From Polyangiales bacterium (GTDB lineage: Bacteria > Myxococcota_A > Polyangia > Polyangiales > Polyangiaceae): 64,000 nt of DNA. Positions within the stretch are counted from its first letter, which is position 1. Each line of letters opens with the position of its first letter. Below the pieces are notes generated by a model. It had not been told where the DNA came from, did not search any database, and was given only the letters and a program-made list of their open reading frames with translations. Where the stretch lies: NCBI GenBank assembly GCA_038230375.1, contig JBBRNJ010000003.1, forward strand, positions 32,001 through 96,000, written 5' to 3'. A program made the position numbers and the translations under genes. Positions 1 through 9,090 of this stretch are shown here, one piece after another.

Positions 1-2
1 CT

Positions 3-839
3 GGCGGGTTCGGTAGCAAGGTCTTCCAGATCGACTTCTCGATCCCGCTCTTCTTCGGCGACACGCAGACACCGCGGCAGACGATCACCGCGGCCGCGGG
101 CAAGTACTGCTACGGCGGACCCGACTGCGATGCGGTCCCGCTGCAGATGCCCGTTCCCGGCAACGCCAACATCGAGGGCTCCAAGGATTTCACGTGCGAC
201 ACGTCGGGCAGCACCGACGGCCAGGGTGACTGCCACATCCTGGTCGTCGCCAAGGACGAGAAGAAGCTCTACGAGCTCTACAACGCAACGAAGACCGGCA
301 ACGGTCTCTCCGCGCTGGGCGCCTTCGTCTGGGACCTCACCAAGGCATACCCGGACAACCTCCGCGGCGATCAGTGCACGTCCGCGGACGCCGCTGGCTT
401 CCCTATCGCGGCGCTGCTCCCCACCGCGGACGAGGTCGCCGCTGGCGAGGTGAAGCACGCGATCCGCTTCATCCTCCCCAACGAGCGCATGAAGAAGGGC
501 GTGTACGTCCACCCAGCCACGCATGCCGGCGCGCCCAGCTCCGCGAACGCCGACGCACCGCCGTACGGTGTTCATTTCAGGCTCAAGCCGAGCTTCGACG
601 CGGGCTCGTTCAGCACGGGCGAGAAAGTGATCCTGGCCACCATGAAGAAGTACGGAATGCTGCTGTCCGACGGCGGCAACATCGCGCTCACGTTCGCGGA
701 CGATCGCACGTCCACCGCAAAGTGGGCGGACGTGAAGGTGACGGCTCAGTCGTTCGCTGCGATCAAGGCGGATGACTTCGAGGTCGTGGAGCTGGGCGCG
801 GACGTCGCGCAGACGGACGACTGCGTTCGCAACCCCTGA
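3..839 (+). CDS. Conserved hypothetical, probably secreted protein (5'-partial)
   Basis: The frame is open from the window edge (GGFGSKVFQIDFS...) through ORF 147..839. It has coding-like codon usage and the motifs GDCHILV, LYELY and SADAAGFP. Confidence 0.75.
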   Translation, partial: GGFGSKVFQIDFSIPLFFGDTQTPRQTITAAAGKYCYGGPDCDAVPLQMPVPGNANIEGSKDFTCDTSGSTDGQGDCHILVVAKDEKKLYELYNATKTGNGLSALGAFVWDLTKAYPDNLRGDQCTSADAAGFPIAALLPTADEVAAGEVKHAIRFILPNERMKKGVYVHPATHAGAPSSANADAPPYGVHFRLKPSFDAGSFSTGEKVILATMKKYGMLLSDGGNIALTFADDRTSTAKWADVKVTAQSFAAIKADDFEVVELGADVAQTDDCVRNP

Positions 840-841
840 GC

Positions 842-1378
842 TCAGCGCAGCATGGGCAGCGGACGCAGCGGGTGACGAAGCATCCACCCGAGCGCGGTGC
901 GGATGATGATCCCGTGGAAGCCCGCGTAGGGCCACTGCGCGACGAGCTCGCGCAAGAAGCGTCTGTCCATTCCAGCGCGGAGCCATCCGCGTGAGGCATC
1001 CACAAGATCTCCTCGGCGGAAGGCATCCACGACATCCGCGGCGGGCTCGGTCACGTAACGGCGCAGCGCGTGGTGATTCTCGATCGTCCTCACGCACAGA
1101 TCGATATCGACGGCGGGCGCGCGTTGTTCGAAAAAGGTCCGTGCGCGCGCGACGCTCGGCGCAAGGTAGTCGAACGTGCTGTCCGACCAGATCCCGAGAT
1201 CATGGAAGGCGCTCGTCACGGCAAGCAGGTCATCCGCGTCGTCGCGGCCCAGGAGGCGCCGCGTGACGTTGAAGACGCGGTAGGCGTGACCGCGATAGGC
1301 GCGCCGCGCCGCTCCGAACGCCGCGTCCCACTCGTCCAGCGTCTCTTCGATGAGCGCGTGGCGCGTGATGATCTCCAT
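842..1378 (-). CDS. HD-domain-like phosphohydrolase
   Basis: Metal-ligand pattern YRGH...FHDLG...ENHH...GDLVD. Start moved to ATG 1378 to avoid overlap with the upstream gene. Confidence 0.7.
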   Translation of the reverse strand: MEIITRHALIEETLDEWDAAFGAARRAYRGHAYRVFNVTRRLLGRDDADDLLAVTSAFHDLGIWSDSTFDYLAPSVARARTFFEQRAPAVDIDLCVRTIENHHALRRYVTEPAADVVDAFRRGDLVDASRGWLRAGMDRRFLRELVAQWPYAGFHGIIIRTALGWMLRHPLRPLPMLR

Positions 1379-1400
1379 CAGGTCGACCGCGCGGAACGGG

Positions 1401-2516
1401 TCACCCGCCGCCGCACTCGGACTCCTTCGTCGTGACGGCCTTGCCATCCCAGCTCAGGTTGCCGTGGAGCGTGCCGCACGCCGCCTCGAACGTGTACCTC
1501 ACCGTGTTGCCCTTTCCTGCAGACACCGCGGGCGGCGACTCACCGGTCTTCCTTGCGAGCAACAGCGTGAGCTTTCCGCCCACGCGCTTCCAGACGGTGA
1601 TGGCACCGTAGTCCTGGTTGGTGTCGCCCTTCGGCTTGCCGGCCAGCGCAGGGTCGTCGATGATCGTCGCGATCAGAAGCTCCGTCTGCGCGTCGGGCCG
1701 CCACGTCCAGAAGTGAGTGACGGCCGGTTTGTAGTGCCACAGGCCATCCTCCTGTGTGGTGGTCTGGTCCTTCACCTGGCGGTACTCCTCGGGCAGCAGC
1801 GGGATGCAGAGCTTCGCGGTCTCTGGCTCGCTGCGCGGGCCCACCAGGCCACCATGCGACTCGCGCAGCGCCGCCTTGAAGTCCGGATCGCTCCGCACGC
1901 TCTTCAGGTCGTCGTCGCTCTTCGCCTTTTCCAGCATGTTGGAGGCCTTCGCATCGCCGTCGTCGGCGGCGCGGCCGATCTCCGAAAGCGCCCAGATGCT
2001 GTCCTTGGGTTTGCCTGCGAGCGCGAGGCCGCACGTCATGTTGTAGCGCGCGAGGATCATCGACGGCCGCACCGTGAGCGCGACACGCCACCAGCGGTTC
2101 GCGATGTCGTACTCCTTCTTTCCGTAGTGGTGGTAGCCGCCGTCATTCAGCGCGGTGGCGAGATCTCCGAGCGTGTCTGCGCAGTCGTCGGGCGCGATCG
2201 CCTTCTGCAGCTCCGCGACGTCCACCGTGCCGTCCGAGACCTTGGTGTCCTCACCCTTGTCCAGCTTGGCAATACGCGCCTTCGCGTCGGCTGACGCTTT
2301 GCACTTGGTCTTGCCCTTGGCCTTGTCGGAGGACCACTCGGGGACGTCGCCGACACCCTCGATCGCATGGGTGCCGGCCGCGGCCGCCGCCTTCACCGGA
2401 CCGGCATCCGCGGCTGCCGCGTCGGCGCCGCCGTCGCCGGTCGCGTCGGTCTTCTTGGGACACGCGCAGAGGAGGAGCAGCAGGGCAGGGGCGAACGCGC
2501 GAGGCCGAATGGTCAT
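1401..2516 (-). CDS. Lipoprotein with TPR-like segment
   Basis: Signal peptide and lipobox (LLLLCAC), DAG-rich linker, TPR-like helices (ARYNMTCGLALAG). Start ATG 2516. Confidence 0.7.
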   Translation of the reverse strand: MTIRPRAFAPALLLLLCACPKKTDATGDGGADAAAADAGPVKAAAAAGTHAIEGVGDVPEWSSDKAKGKTKCKASADAKARIAKLDKGEDTKVSDGTVDVAELQKAIAPDDCADTLGDLATALNDGGYHHYGKKEYDIANRWWRVALTVRPSMILARYNMTCGLALAGKPKDSIWALSEIGRAADDGDAKASNMLEKAKSDDDLKSVRSDPDFKAALRESHGGLVGPRSEPETAKLCIPLLPEEYRQVKDQTTTQEDGLWHYKPAVTHFWTWRPDAQTELLIATIIDDPALAGKPKGDTNQDYGAITVWKRVGGKLTLLLARKTGESPPAVSAGKGNTVRYTFEAACGTLHGNLSWDGKAVTTKESECGGG

Positions 2517-2548
2517 GCGCGATGTTCGCCTGTGCCGGCCGCGTTCGT

Positions 2549-3148
2549 CTACTCCGTTTCCACGGCGGCTCCGTGGCCCGCTGCCAGCCCTCCGTGCCAG
2601 GTTCCGTCCAGCAGGCGCGCGAGATACTTGCGCACGTCGCCGGGCCAGCCCTTCACCAGCCTCTTCCACGCCTTCTCGTCGCGGGCGAAGAGCGCGCGCG
2701 AGGCCTCCTCGAAGTTGGGGCGATTGCCCGCGAGGGTGCTCATCACGCGGCTCGCAGCGCTCTGTGCCTTGCGCACGTGCGCGCGGTCGGGCTCCTTCTT
2801 GCGTGCCTCGTCGATGAGCCGGCGTATCGCGGCGGAGTTGCCGTGCGGCTGCTCGTCGAGCCAGTCCCAGTGCCGCGGCAAGAGCGAGATCTCGCGCGAC
2901 ACCACGCCGAGCTTCGGCCGTCCGCGACCTTGCTGCTCGGGCTTCGGGAGCACGCGGTGGAGCACGTCCTCGAGCGTGCCGGTGAGATCGAAGTCGACCT
3001 CACCGCCGGTCTCATCCCTGAAGATCAGGACGCCATCCACGCCCTTCCTGTCGAACCGGCTCTTCAAGCCAGACACGACCAGCGAGAGGGCGCCGGACAC
3101 GAGCAACGAATCGCCGGCAAACGCGGTGTAGGTGAGCTCTTCAGACAT
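2549..3148 (-). CDS. DUF2239 family protein
   Basis: Family motifs YTAFAG, LIFRDETG.EVDFDL and GRGRPKLGVVSREISLLPRHWDWL. Confidence 0.9.
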   Translation of the reverse strand: MSEELTYTAFAGDSLLVSGALSLVVSGLKSRFDRKGVDGVLIFRDETGGEVDFDLTGTLEDVLHRVLPKPEQQGRGRPKLGVVSREISLLPRHWDWLDEQPHGNSAAIRRLIDEARKKEPDRAHVRKAQSAASRVMSTLAGNRPNFEEASRALFARDEKAWKRLVKGWPGDVRKYLARLLDGTWHGGLAAGHGAAVETE

Positions 3149-3154
3149 ATACCT

Positions 3155-3199
3155 ATATTATACCCGGGTATAAATATTGTCAATATCTTCCGGGTAAAA
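3155..3199 (-). promoter_or_regulatory. Sigma70-type promoter of the DUF2239 gene with palindromic operator
   Basis: On the minus strand: TTGACA (3183-3178), 17 nt, TAATAT (3160-3155), 6 nt, ATG. Perfect palindrome TTATACCCGGGTATAA at 3158-3173 and a partial copy CCGGGTAAAA at 3190-3199. Confidence 0.8.
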
Positions 3200-3319
3200 A
3201 AGTCTTGCATCCCTCCGCGCGGTGATGAGTTCCAGCTCGAAAACCAGGCGATCGAGCGTCCCGAGCGCGCCGATTTCGTCGCTGGAAAACGGCCCGGGTG
3301 ATCTGGTAGGCTCGCCGCC

Positions 3320-4237
3320 ATGCGACTGATCCTGCCTCTCCTCGTGGTTCCCGTCTCGCTGGTTCTCGCTGCATGCGGAGGGCCGCCGCCACCGAAAGAC
3401 GGCAGTGGCGCAAGCGGCGCGACAAACCCGAACTACGTCCACGATGGGAAGGGCCCCGTTGACGCGAAGACGGTCCACGCATGTGGCCCCGCGGACAAGG
3501 TCCACAAGTACGATCTGCACGACGAGGACGGCGACAAGGCCATGGTCCCCTGCAGCTCCGACGGCGACGACGCTGAAGGCAAGGCTGGTCACGACTTCTC
3601 CGGCGCGATCCACATCGAGACCGTCCCGGAGGGCGTGCACATCACCATCCACGCCACCGACGACGAGGTCAACCTAGGCGCCCTCGGCTCGGACGTGAAG
3701 ACGCGCGACGCAGTCCTCGTCTACCCGAAGGGCCCCACGTCGAAGGCCGTCGAGGTGAAGCTGAAACACACCGCGCATGGCTACACGGGCGACAAGGTCA
3801 TCCTCTTCGAGGACCTGGACAAACTCACGGACGAAGGCACCACGATCCAGGTCGCCATCTTCGACCACGACAAGAAGGGTGGCGCGCCCGCCGAGGAGCT
3901 CCACGTCTCGCTCAACGTCAGCGCCGGCAAGAGCTGCGAGCGCGCGATCGACGAGAACCCGCAGACGGTCGACATGGGCAAGAAGGGCGGAACTCCCGAC
4001 CTCACGAACGCGCAGCTAGGCGGCCCCATGTCGTCGAGCGCATTCATGTCGAGCTGCGGACTGGCCGACAGCGCCAACGCGGAGATCTGCGTGGCGGTCA
4101 AGAAGGGCAAGCCGCTCGGCGTCAGCGTGAAGGTGAGCCCGGCCAACAACAGGGTCGCCGCATGCATCGACAAGTCCACGCGGAAGCTCAAGTTCCCCGA
4201 GTCCGAAAAGCTCGACGTCGTCCACCAGAAATTCTGA
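3320..4237 (+). CDS. Lipoprotein with C-terminal AgmX/PglI (TonB-C-like) domain
   Basis: Lipobox LAAC. The C-terminus SSCG...VAACI...LKFP resembles myxobacterial AgmX/PglI C-terminal domains. Confidence 0.65.
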   Translation: MRLILPLLVVPVSLVLAACGGPPPPKDGSGASGATNPNYVHDGKGPVDAKTVHACGPADKVHKYDLHDEDGDKAMVPCSSDGDDAEGKAGHDFSGAIHIETVPEGVHITIHATDDEVNLGALGSDVKTRDAVLVYPKGPTSKAVEVKLKHTAHGYTGDKVILFEDLDKLTDEGTTIQVAIFDHDKKGGAPAEELHVSLNVSAGKSCERAIDENPQTVDMGKKGGTPDLTNAQLGGPMSSSAFMSSCGLADSANAEICVAVKKGKPLGVSVKVSPANNRVAACIDKSTRKLKFPESEKLDVVHQKF

Positions 4238-4254
4238 CCCGATCTCTGCCTACG

Positions 4255-5151
4255 ATGGAGTGGCACCGCGTGTTCAGGGTCTGTGCGTGGACTCCACCAC
4301 TGGGCACTGCCGTTCTGTGCCTCCTGTGCGGTTCGTGCGGCGCGCCTGCCGCCGATGGCGAAGGATCACGTACGCCACAGGCCGCGCGATCCTGTGGAGC
4401 TCCGGCAGAGACCCAGCAGCATCAGGCCACGTGGGAGCAGGTGCAACTGGTCGTGAAGGCCCGCGCATCGCAGCGCGCCATGGACGCCGCGGTCGCGTGT
4501 GAGACCGCCCGCGGCTTGGTGACGCAGTGTCCAGGCTGGGATCCGGGCACCGGCGCTGCCCAGCGCGTGGCGTGTCAGGTCGCGCTGGCGGAGGACATGG
4601 ATGCGCTCGAGGAGTCGCTCATCATGACGCTGAACCCGTCGCCACTCACGGAGCCGCTCGAAGGCGACCCGTGGGTCAGCGCGGGGCCGCGCAGCTTCGC
4701 GGCTTCACTGGCCCGCTTCGAGACGCTCGCTCCGCACACGCCCGACGAAACGAAGGTGCTCGCGGCGGCCCAGTTGCTCAGGAAGGACTCGCTTCGCTAC
4801 GGCAACGACGTCCAGCGCCTTCACTCGACCTGCGCGGACATCGACGAGCTCGAGAAGGCGATGGGCGCGGTCGGCGCATTCACCGCACAGCGCTACGAGC
4901 GAACCGTCGAGATACGGAGAAACACGGAGGTGGAGCTCCGACAACGACGCGTCCGCGCCGTCGTCGCGAAGGAGTATGCCGTCGCCGACACCACGGCTGC
5001 CATGCGCGAGGACCTCGCGCTCGCGCGCAAGCTGTCTTCCGAGCTGCGGTGCTACAGCGCGGAGGCCGCGAAGGGCGCCGACGACGACATTGCCAAGTGG
5101 GTCACGAAGGTCGAGGCCGCGGGCGCCGCGCGAAAGCCCCCCTCGCGCTGA
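4255..5151 (+). CDS. Hypothetical protein, possible lipoprotein
   Basis: Long ORF with coding-like codon usage and a hydrophobic Cys-containing N-terminus. Start uncertain. Confidence 0.55.
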   Translation: MEWHRVFRVCAWTPPLGTAVLCLLCGSCGAPAADGEGSRTPQAARSCGAPAETQQHQATWEQVQLVVKARASQRAMDAAVACETARGLVTQCPGWDPGTGAAQRVACQVALAEDMDALEESLIMTLNPSPLTEPLEGDPWVSAGPRSFAASLARFETLAPHTPDETKVLAAAQLLRKDSLRYGNDVQRLHSTCADIDELEKAMGAVGAFTAQRYERTVEIRRNTEVELRQRRVRAVVAKEYAVADTTAAMREDLALARKLSSELRCYSAEAAKGADDDIAKWVTKVEAAGAARKPPSR

Positions 5152-5224
5152 CGCTGACGCGCCACGCTGATCGCGGAGCACTGGGTCCCACAGTGGAACC
5201 AAGTTGCTTTTCGACTTAATTCCG

Positions 5225-5251
5225 TCAAGAGCCGGTCGTAACTGCCGTTCC
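5225..5251 (+). promoter_or_regulatory. Possible sigma28 (FliA) promoter
   Basis: TCAAG-N14-GCCGTTCC about 60 nt upstream of the flagellin start. Partial match to TCAAG-N14-GCCGATAA. Confidence 0.45.
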
Positions 5252-5313
5252 CCTGAATCGAGAGCGATGCCCGACACAGTCCGTGTCGCGAGCTCGAACA
5301 ACGGAGAACGCCC

Positions 5314-6141
5314 ATGGCTGTCACGATCAATACGAACGTCGGCTCGCTAACCGCGCAAAAGAACCTGGCCAACACCCAGGCCGCGCTTTCCAAGAGCTTT
5401 GCGCGGCTCTCGTCTGGCTACCGCATCAACTCGGCAGCGGACGACGCGGCCGGTCTCGCCATCTCGGACAGCATGCAGAGCCAGATCCGCAGCTACACCG
5501 TCGCTGGTCGCAACACCAACGACGGCATCAGCATGGCGCAGACAGCGGACGGCGCGCTTGGTCAGGTGACCGACATCCTCGGCCGCATGCGCGAGCTGGC
5601 GACCCAGGGCGCCAACGGCTCCCTCCAGACCAGCGACCGCGCGTACCTCGCAACGGAGTTCAAGTCGCTCCAGTCCGAGGTGAAGCGCATCCTCACAAGC
5701 ACAAAGTTCAACGGCAACGCGCTCATCACGCAGACCAGCTCGTCGGTGTCGTTCCAGGTGGGCATCAACAACACCACGGACGACCGCATCGCGGTCACCT
5801 TCGGCGGCGTGCACCTGTCGGCGCTCGTCTCCACGGCCACATCGATCTCGGGCGCGGCCGGCGGCGCCCAGTCCGCGCTGGACACGATCGACAACGCGCT
5901 CAAGACGGTCTCCACCACGCGCGGACGCTTCGGCGCCGTCATGAACCGTCTCGAGATCACCTCCGCCAACATCCAGACGGCGAGCCTGAACCTCGCTGCA
6001 GCGAACTCGCGCATCCGCGACGTGGACGTGGCCGCGGAGACCGCGAACCTCTCGCGCACGCAGGTGCTCGCTCAGGCCGGCACGTCAATCCTGGCGCAAG
6101 CGAACCAGTCGCCGCAGATGGCGCTCTCGCTGCTTCGCTGA
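5314..6141 (+). CDS. fliC: Flagellin (short, 275 aa)
   Basis: N-terminal INTN...RLSSGYRINSAADDAAGLAI and C-terminal SRIRDVDVAAE...QAGTSILAQANQ. SD-like GGAG upstream. Confidence 0.97.
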   Translation: MAVTINTNVGSLTAQKNLANTQAALSKSFARLSSGYRINSAADDAAGLAISDSMQSQIRSYTVAGRNTNDGISMAQTADGALGQVTDILGRMRELATQGANGSLQTSDRAYLATEFKSLQSEVKRILTSTKFNGNALITQTSSSVSFQVGINNTTDDRIAVTFGGVHLSALVSTATSISGAAGGAQSALDTIDNALKTVSTTRGRFGAVMNRLEITSANIQTASLNLAAANSRIRDVDVAAETANLSRTQVLAQAGTSILAQANQSPQMALSLLR

Positions 6142-6168
6142 ACCCTGCGTGTTAGGGTGCCGGCGATC

Positions 6169-7446
6169 ATGCCGGCCCCTGCCGAAGACGAGAACGCCGC
6201 GGCCGCATCGCCCCCTCCGAAGGGCCCGACGCGCGCGGCGTTCGTCTTCATCTTCATCACGGTGCTCACCGACATGCTTGCGCTCGGCATCATGGTGCCC
6301 GTGCTACCCAAGCTCATCGTGCAGTTCGAACACGGAGATGTCGCGCAGGCCGCGAAGGTCTCAGGTGTATTCGGCTTCGCCTGGGCGCTCATGCAGTTCT
6401 TGGCTTCGCCCGTGCTGGGCGCGCTTTCCGATCGGTTCGGTCGAAGGCCCATCGTGCTTCTCTCGAACTTCGGGCTGGGCGTGGACTACGTCTTGATGGC
6501 GCTCGCGCCCAGCCTGTCATGGCTCTTCGTGGGCCGGGTCATCTCCGGCATCACCGCCGCCAGCTACCCCACGGCCAGCGCGTACATCGCTGACGTCACA
6601 CCACCCGAGAAGCGCGCCGCGAGCTTCGGCATGCTGGGCGCAGCGTTCGGGCTTGGCTTCATCGTGGGCCCCGCGGTGGGCGGCGTGCTCGGCGGCATCG
6701 ATCTGCGCTTGCCGTTCTGGGTGGCGGCTGCGCTGAGCCTTGCCAACACGCTGTACGGCGCCTTCATCCTTCCGGAGTCGCTGCCCGTGGGCAAGCGCTC
6801 CGCGTTCAGCCTGAAGAAGGCGAGCCCCATCGGCGCCATCTCCATGCTCATGCGCGACCGCGTGATCCTCGGCCTGGCCGCGGCGACCTTCCTTTACTCG
6901 ATCGCGCACGAGTCGCTGCCGAGTATGTTTGTATTATACACGGACTTCCGGTACCACTTCAGCGAGCGCATGGTGGGCGTCTCGCTCGCCATCGTTGGCG
7001 TGTGCTCCACCATCGTGGCTGCGGGGCTGGTGGGCCCGTCGGTGAAGCGCTTCGGCGAGCGGAGCACGCTGGCGCTCGGTCTGCTGGCTGGCGCGGTGGG
7101 CTTCGGAATCTATGCGGCAGCGCCAACGACGCTGCCGTTCCTGTGCGGCATGCCGTTCGTCGCGCTCTGGGGTCTCGCGGGGCCATCGATGCAGTCGCTC
7201 ATGTCCAGGACCGCTGGCGCGGAGGAGCAGGGCAAGCTGCAGGGCGCCGTGAGCAGCCTGCGAGGGATCACGGGGATGGTGGGGCCGCTCCTGTTCACGC
7301 AGGGGTTCGCGTTCTTCGTGCGGCCCGGGGCGCCGCTGTTCTTGCCTGGTTTTCCCTACTGGCTTGCGAGCGGCCTGGTCCTCACGAGCTTGCTCCTGGC
7401 GATGGTCGCCGCCCGCAGTGCCGCGCGTTCCGACCGGGCGAGCTGA
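6169..7446 (+). CDS. TCR/Tet family MFS efflux transporter
   Basis: Motif A (GALSDRFGRRP), antiporter motif C (GFIVGPAVGG), LPES and about 12 hydrophobic segments. Confidence 0.92.
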   Translation: MPAPAEDENAAAASPPPKGPTRAAFVFIFITVLTDMLALGIMVPVLPKLIVQFEHGDVAQAAKVSGVFGFAWALMQFLASPVLGALSDRFGRRPIVLLSNFGLGVDYVLMALAPSLSWLFVGRVISGITAASYPTASAYIADVTPPEKRAASFGMLGAAFGLGFIVGPAVGGVLGGIDLRLPFWVAAALSLANTLYGAFILPESLPVGKRSAFSLKKASPIGAISMLMRDRVILGLAAATFLYSIAHESLPSMFVLYTDFRYHFSERMVGVSLAIVGVCSTIVAAGLVGPSVKRFGERSTLALGLLAGAVGFGIYAAAPTTLPFLCGMPFVALWGLAGPSMQSLMSRTAGAEEQGKLQGAVSSLRGITGMVGPLLFTQGFAFFVRPGAPLFLPGFPYWLASGLVLTSLLLAMVAARSAARSDRAS

Positions 7447-7478
7447 CGCCTCCCGACTTCTCGTCTACGCTTTCTCTC

Positions 7479-8672
7479 ATGCGAAGAGTTGGCCCCGTTC
7501 TTCTCCTTTCTGCCGTGTACGCGCTCGCTTCATGCTCCTCTTCATCGTCCGGAAACGGTGGCACGCCCACGGACGACAGTGGCGCAGGCGACGGCGGCAT
7601 CACCAACGAGGATGGCGGTGCTGGCGACGCGGCCGCGCCAAATCCGTTCCAGTCCGTCCACGACGAGCTCTTCGGGGGCAAGTGGGTGACCGAGGGCGTG
7701 GTGATCATGCGCGACGGCAAGGTCGTCTACGAGGAGTATGCGAAGGGCTACACGAAGGACATGCCGCACATCTCGTACTCGGTGTCGAAGAGCATCGGCG
7801 GCACGCTCATTGGCCTGGCGATCGCCGATGGCTACATGAAGCTGACGGAGAGCGTGTGCACGTACATCACGAAGCCCGCCAGCGCGGACCCGACGCTGTG
7901 CGACACCACGATCGAGGACCTGCTCCACATGTCCTCCGGTCTGAACTGGGCGGAGGACTACGCGCTCGACCCCACGAACAGCAACGTGCTGCAGATGCTC
8001 TACGGCAACACTGACGACATGGGCGCCTATGCCGCGAGCCAGCCGCGCGCATACCCCACCAACACGCGCTGGTACTACTCCAGCGGCGACGCCGACATCC
8101 TCGCGCTCGCCTTTTCGGGCGCGCTGGCCGCAAAGTCCATGGACGCGCGCACGTACGCCCAGACCAAGCTCATGACGCCCCTGGGCATCACAACCAGCAC
8201 GTTCGAGACGGACCACGCAGGCACGCTGGTCTTCTCCTCATCCTGGTACGCGACCACGCGCGACATGGCGAAGATGGGCCAGCTCTATCTGGATGACGGC
8301 ATGGTCGGCACCACGCGGGTCCTGCCAGCTGGCTGGGTGAAGTATGCCATCACGCCCGCGCCCGCCGCGTCCACGGCAACCAAGCGCGACCCGATGCAGG
8401 CCGCACCTGGTGACACGGGCGGCTCGTACGGCGCGCAGATCTGGCTGAACGCGGTGTCCGCGGCCGCCACGCCCGACACCATCGCCTGGCCCGGCGTCCC
8501 CAATGACGAGTACGCGTTCGAGGGTCACTATGGGCAGAAGGTCTTCATGGTGCCGTCGCGCAAGCTGGTCATCGCGCGGGTCGGCAACGATCGAAAGCCG
8601 ACATTCGACCCAGCACCCATGGTCTCGAAGGCAGTCGCCGTGGTCGACGCGCTCATCGCGGGAGGTAAATGA
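7479..8672 (+). CDS. Serine hydrolase (beta-lactamase/class C-like) lipoprotein
   Basis: SxxK (SVSK), LLHMSSG, YSS and GHYGQ motifs; lipobox LASC. Start ATG 7479. Confidence 0.9.
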   Translation: MRRVGPVLLLSAVYALASCSSSSSGNGGTPTDDSGAGDGGITNEDGGAGDAAAPNPFQSVHDELFGGKWVTEGVVIMRDGKVVYEEYAKGYTKDMPHISYSVSKSIGGTLIGLAIADGYMKLTESVCTYITKPASADPTLCDTTIEDLLHMSSGLNWAEDYALDPTNSNVLQMLYGNTDDMGAYAASQPRAYPTNTRWYYSSGDADILALAFSGALAAKSMDARTYAQTKLMTPLGITTSTFETDHAGTLVFSSSWYATTRDMAKMGQLYLDDGMVGTTRVLPAGWVKYAITPAPAASTATKRDPMQAAPGDTGGSYGAQIWLNAVSAAATPDTIAWPGVPNDEYAFEGHYGQKVFMVPSRKLVIARVGNDRKPTFDPAPMVSKAVAVVDALIAGGK

Positions 8673-9010
8673 AAATGAAGAAGCTCATCCTCGCATTCGC
8701 CACGATCACGTTCGTCTCGTTGCTCCCCGCAGACGACGCCCAGGCTCGCAGGATCACCGCGCCTGCCGACATCTCTCACATCTTGACCGGCTTCTCCGCG
8801 AAGGAGACGTGCTCGTGCGTCTTTGCCGTCGGCCAGACGGACACCTATTGCAAGGCATTCGGGCAGCAGGCGGGCTTCGAGGCGATCGCCATCACCATCG
8901 ACCACAGCGGCAAGAAGGTCACCGCGACCTACAGCCCGCCCACGGGCACATCGGTCACGCGCAGCGCGACCGCAGCCGCAGGTGCGGGCTGCGAGCTGGA
9001 CGCGTACTGA
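8669..9010 (+). CDS. Small secreted Cys-containing partner of the serine hydrolase
   Basis: ATGA overlap with the upstream gene, signal peptide, motif GFSAKETCSCVF and C-terminal GC. Confidence 0.8.
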   Translation: MKMKKLILAFATITFVSLLPADDAQARRITAPADISHILTGFSAKETCSCVFAVGQTDTYCKAFGQQAGFEAIAITIDHSGKKVTATYSPPTGTSVTRSATAAAGAGCELDAY

Positions 9011-9090
9011 GGCGCGAGCGTATTACCGCGTAGTGGCGCGAACCGAGCGACGCTTGTGGCCGTGGCTGGGATTCCAGATACGGTACAAGG

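Noticed and set aside
6169..8672. Antibiotic-resistance locus (tetA plus beta-lactamase)
   Set aside because: Both belong to broad families with mostly other substrates, and there is no tetR or mobile context.
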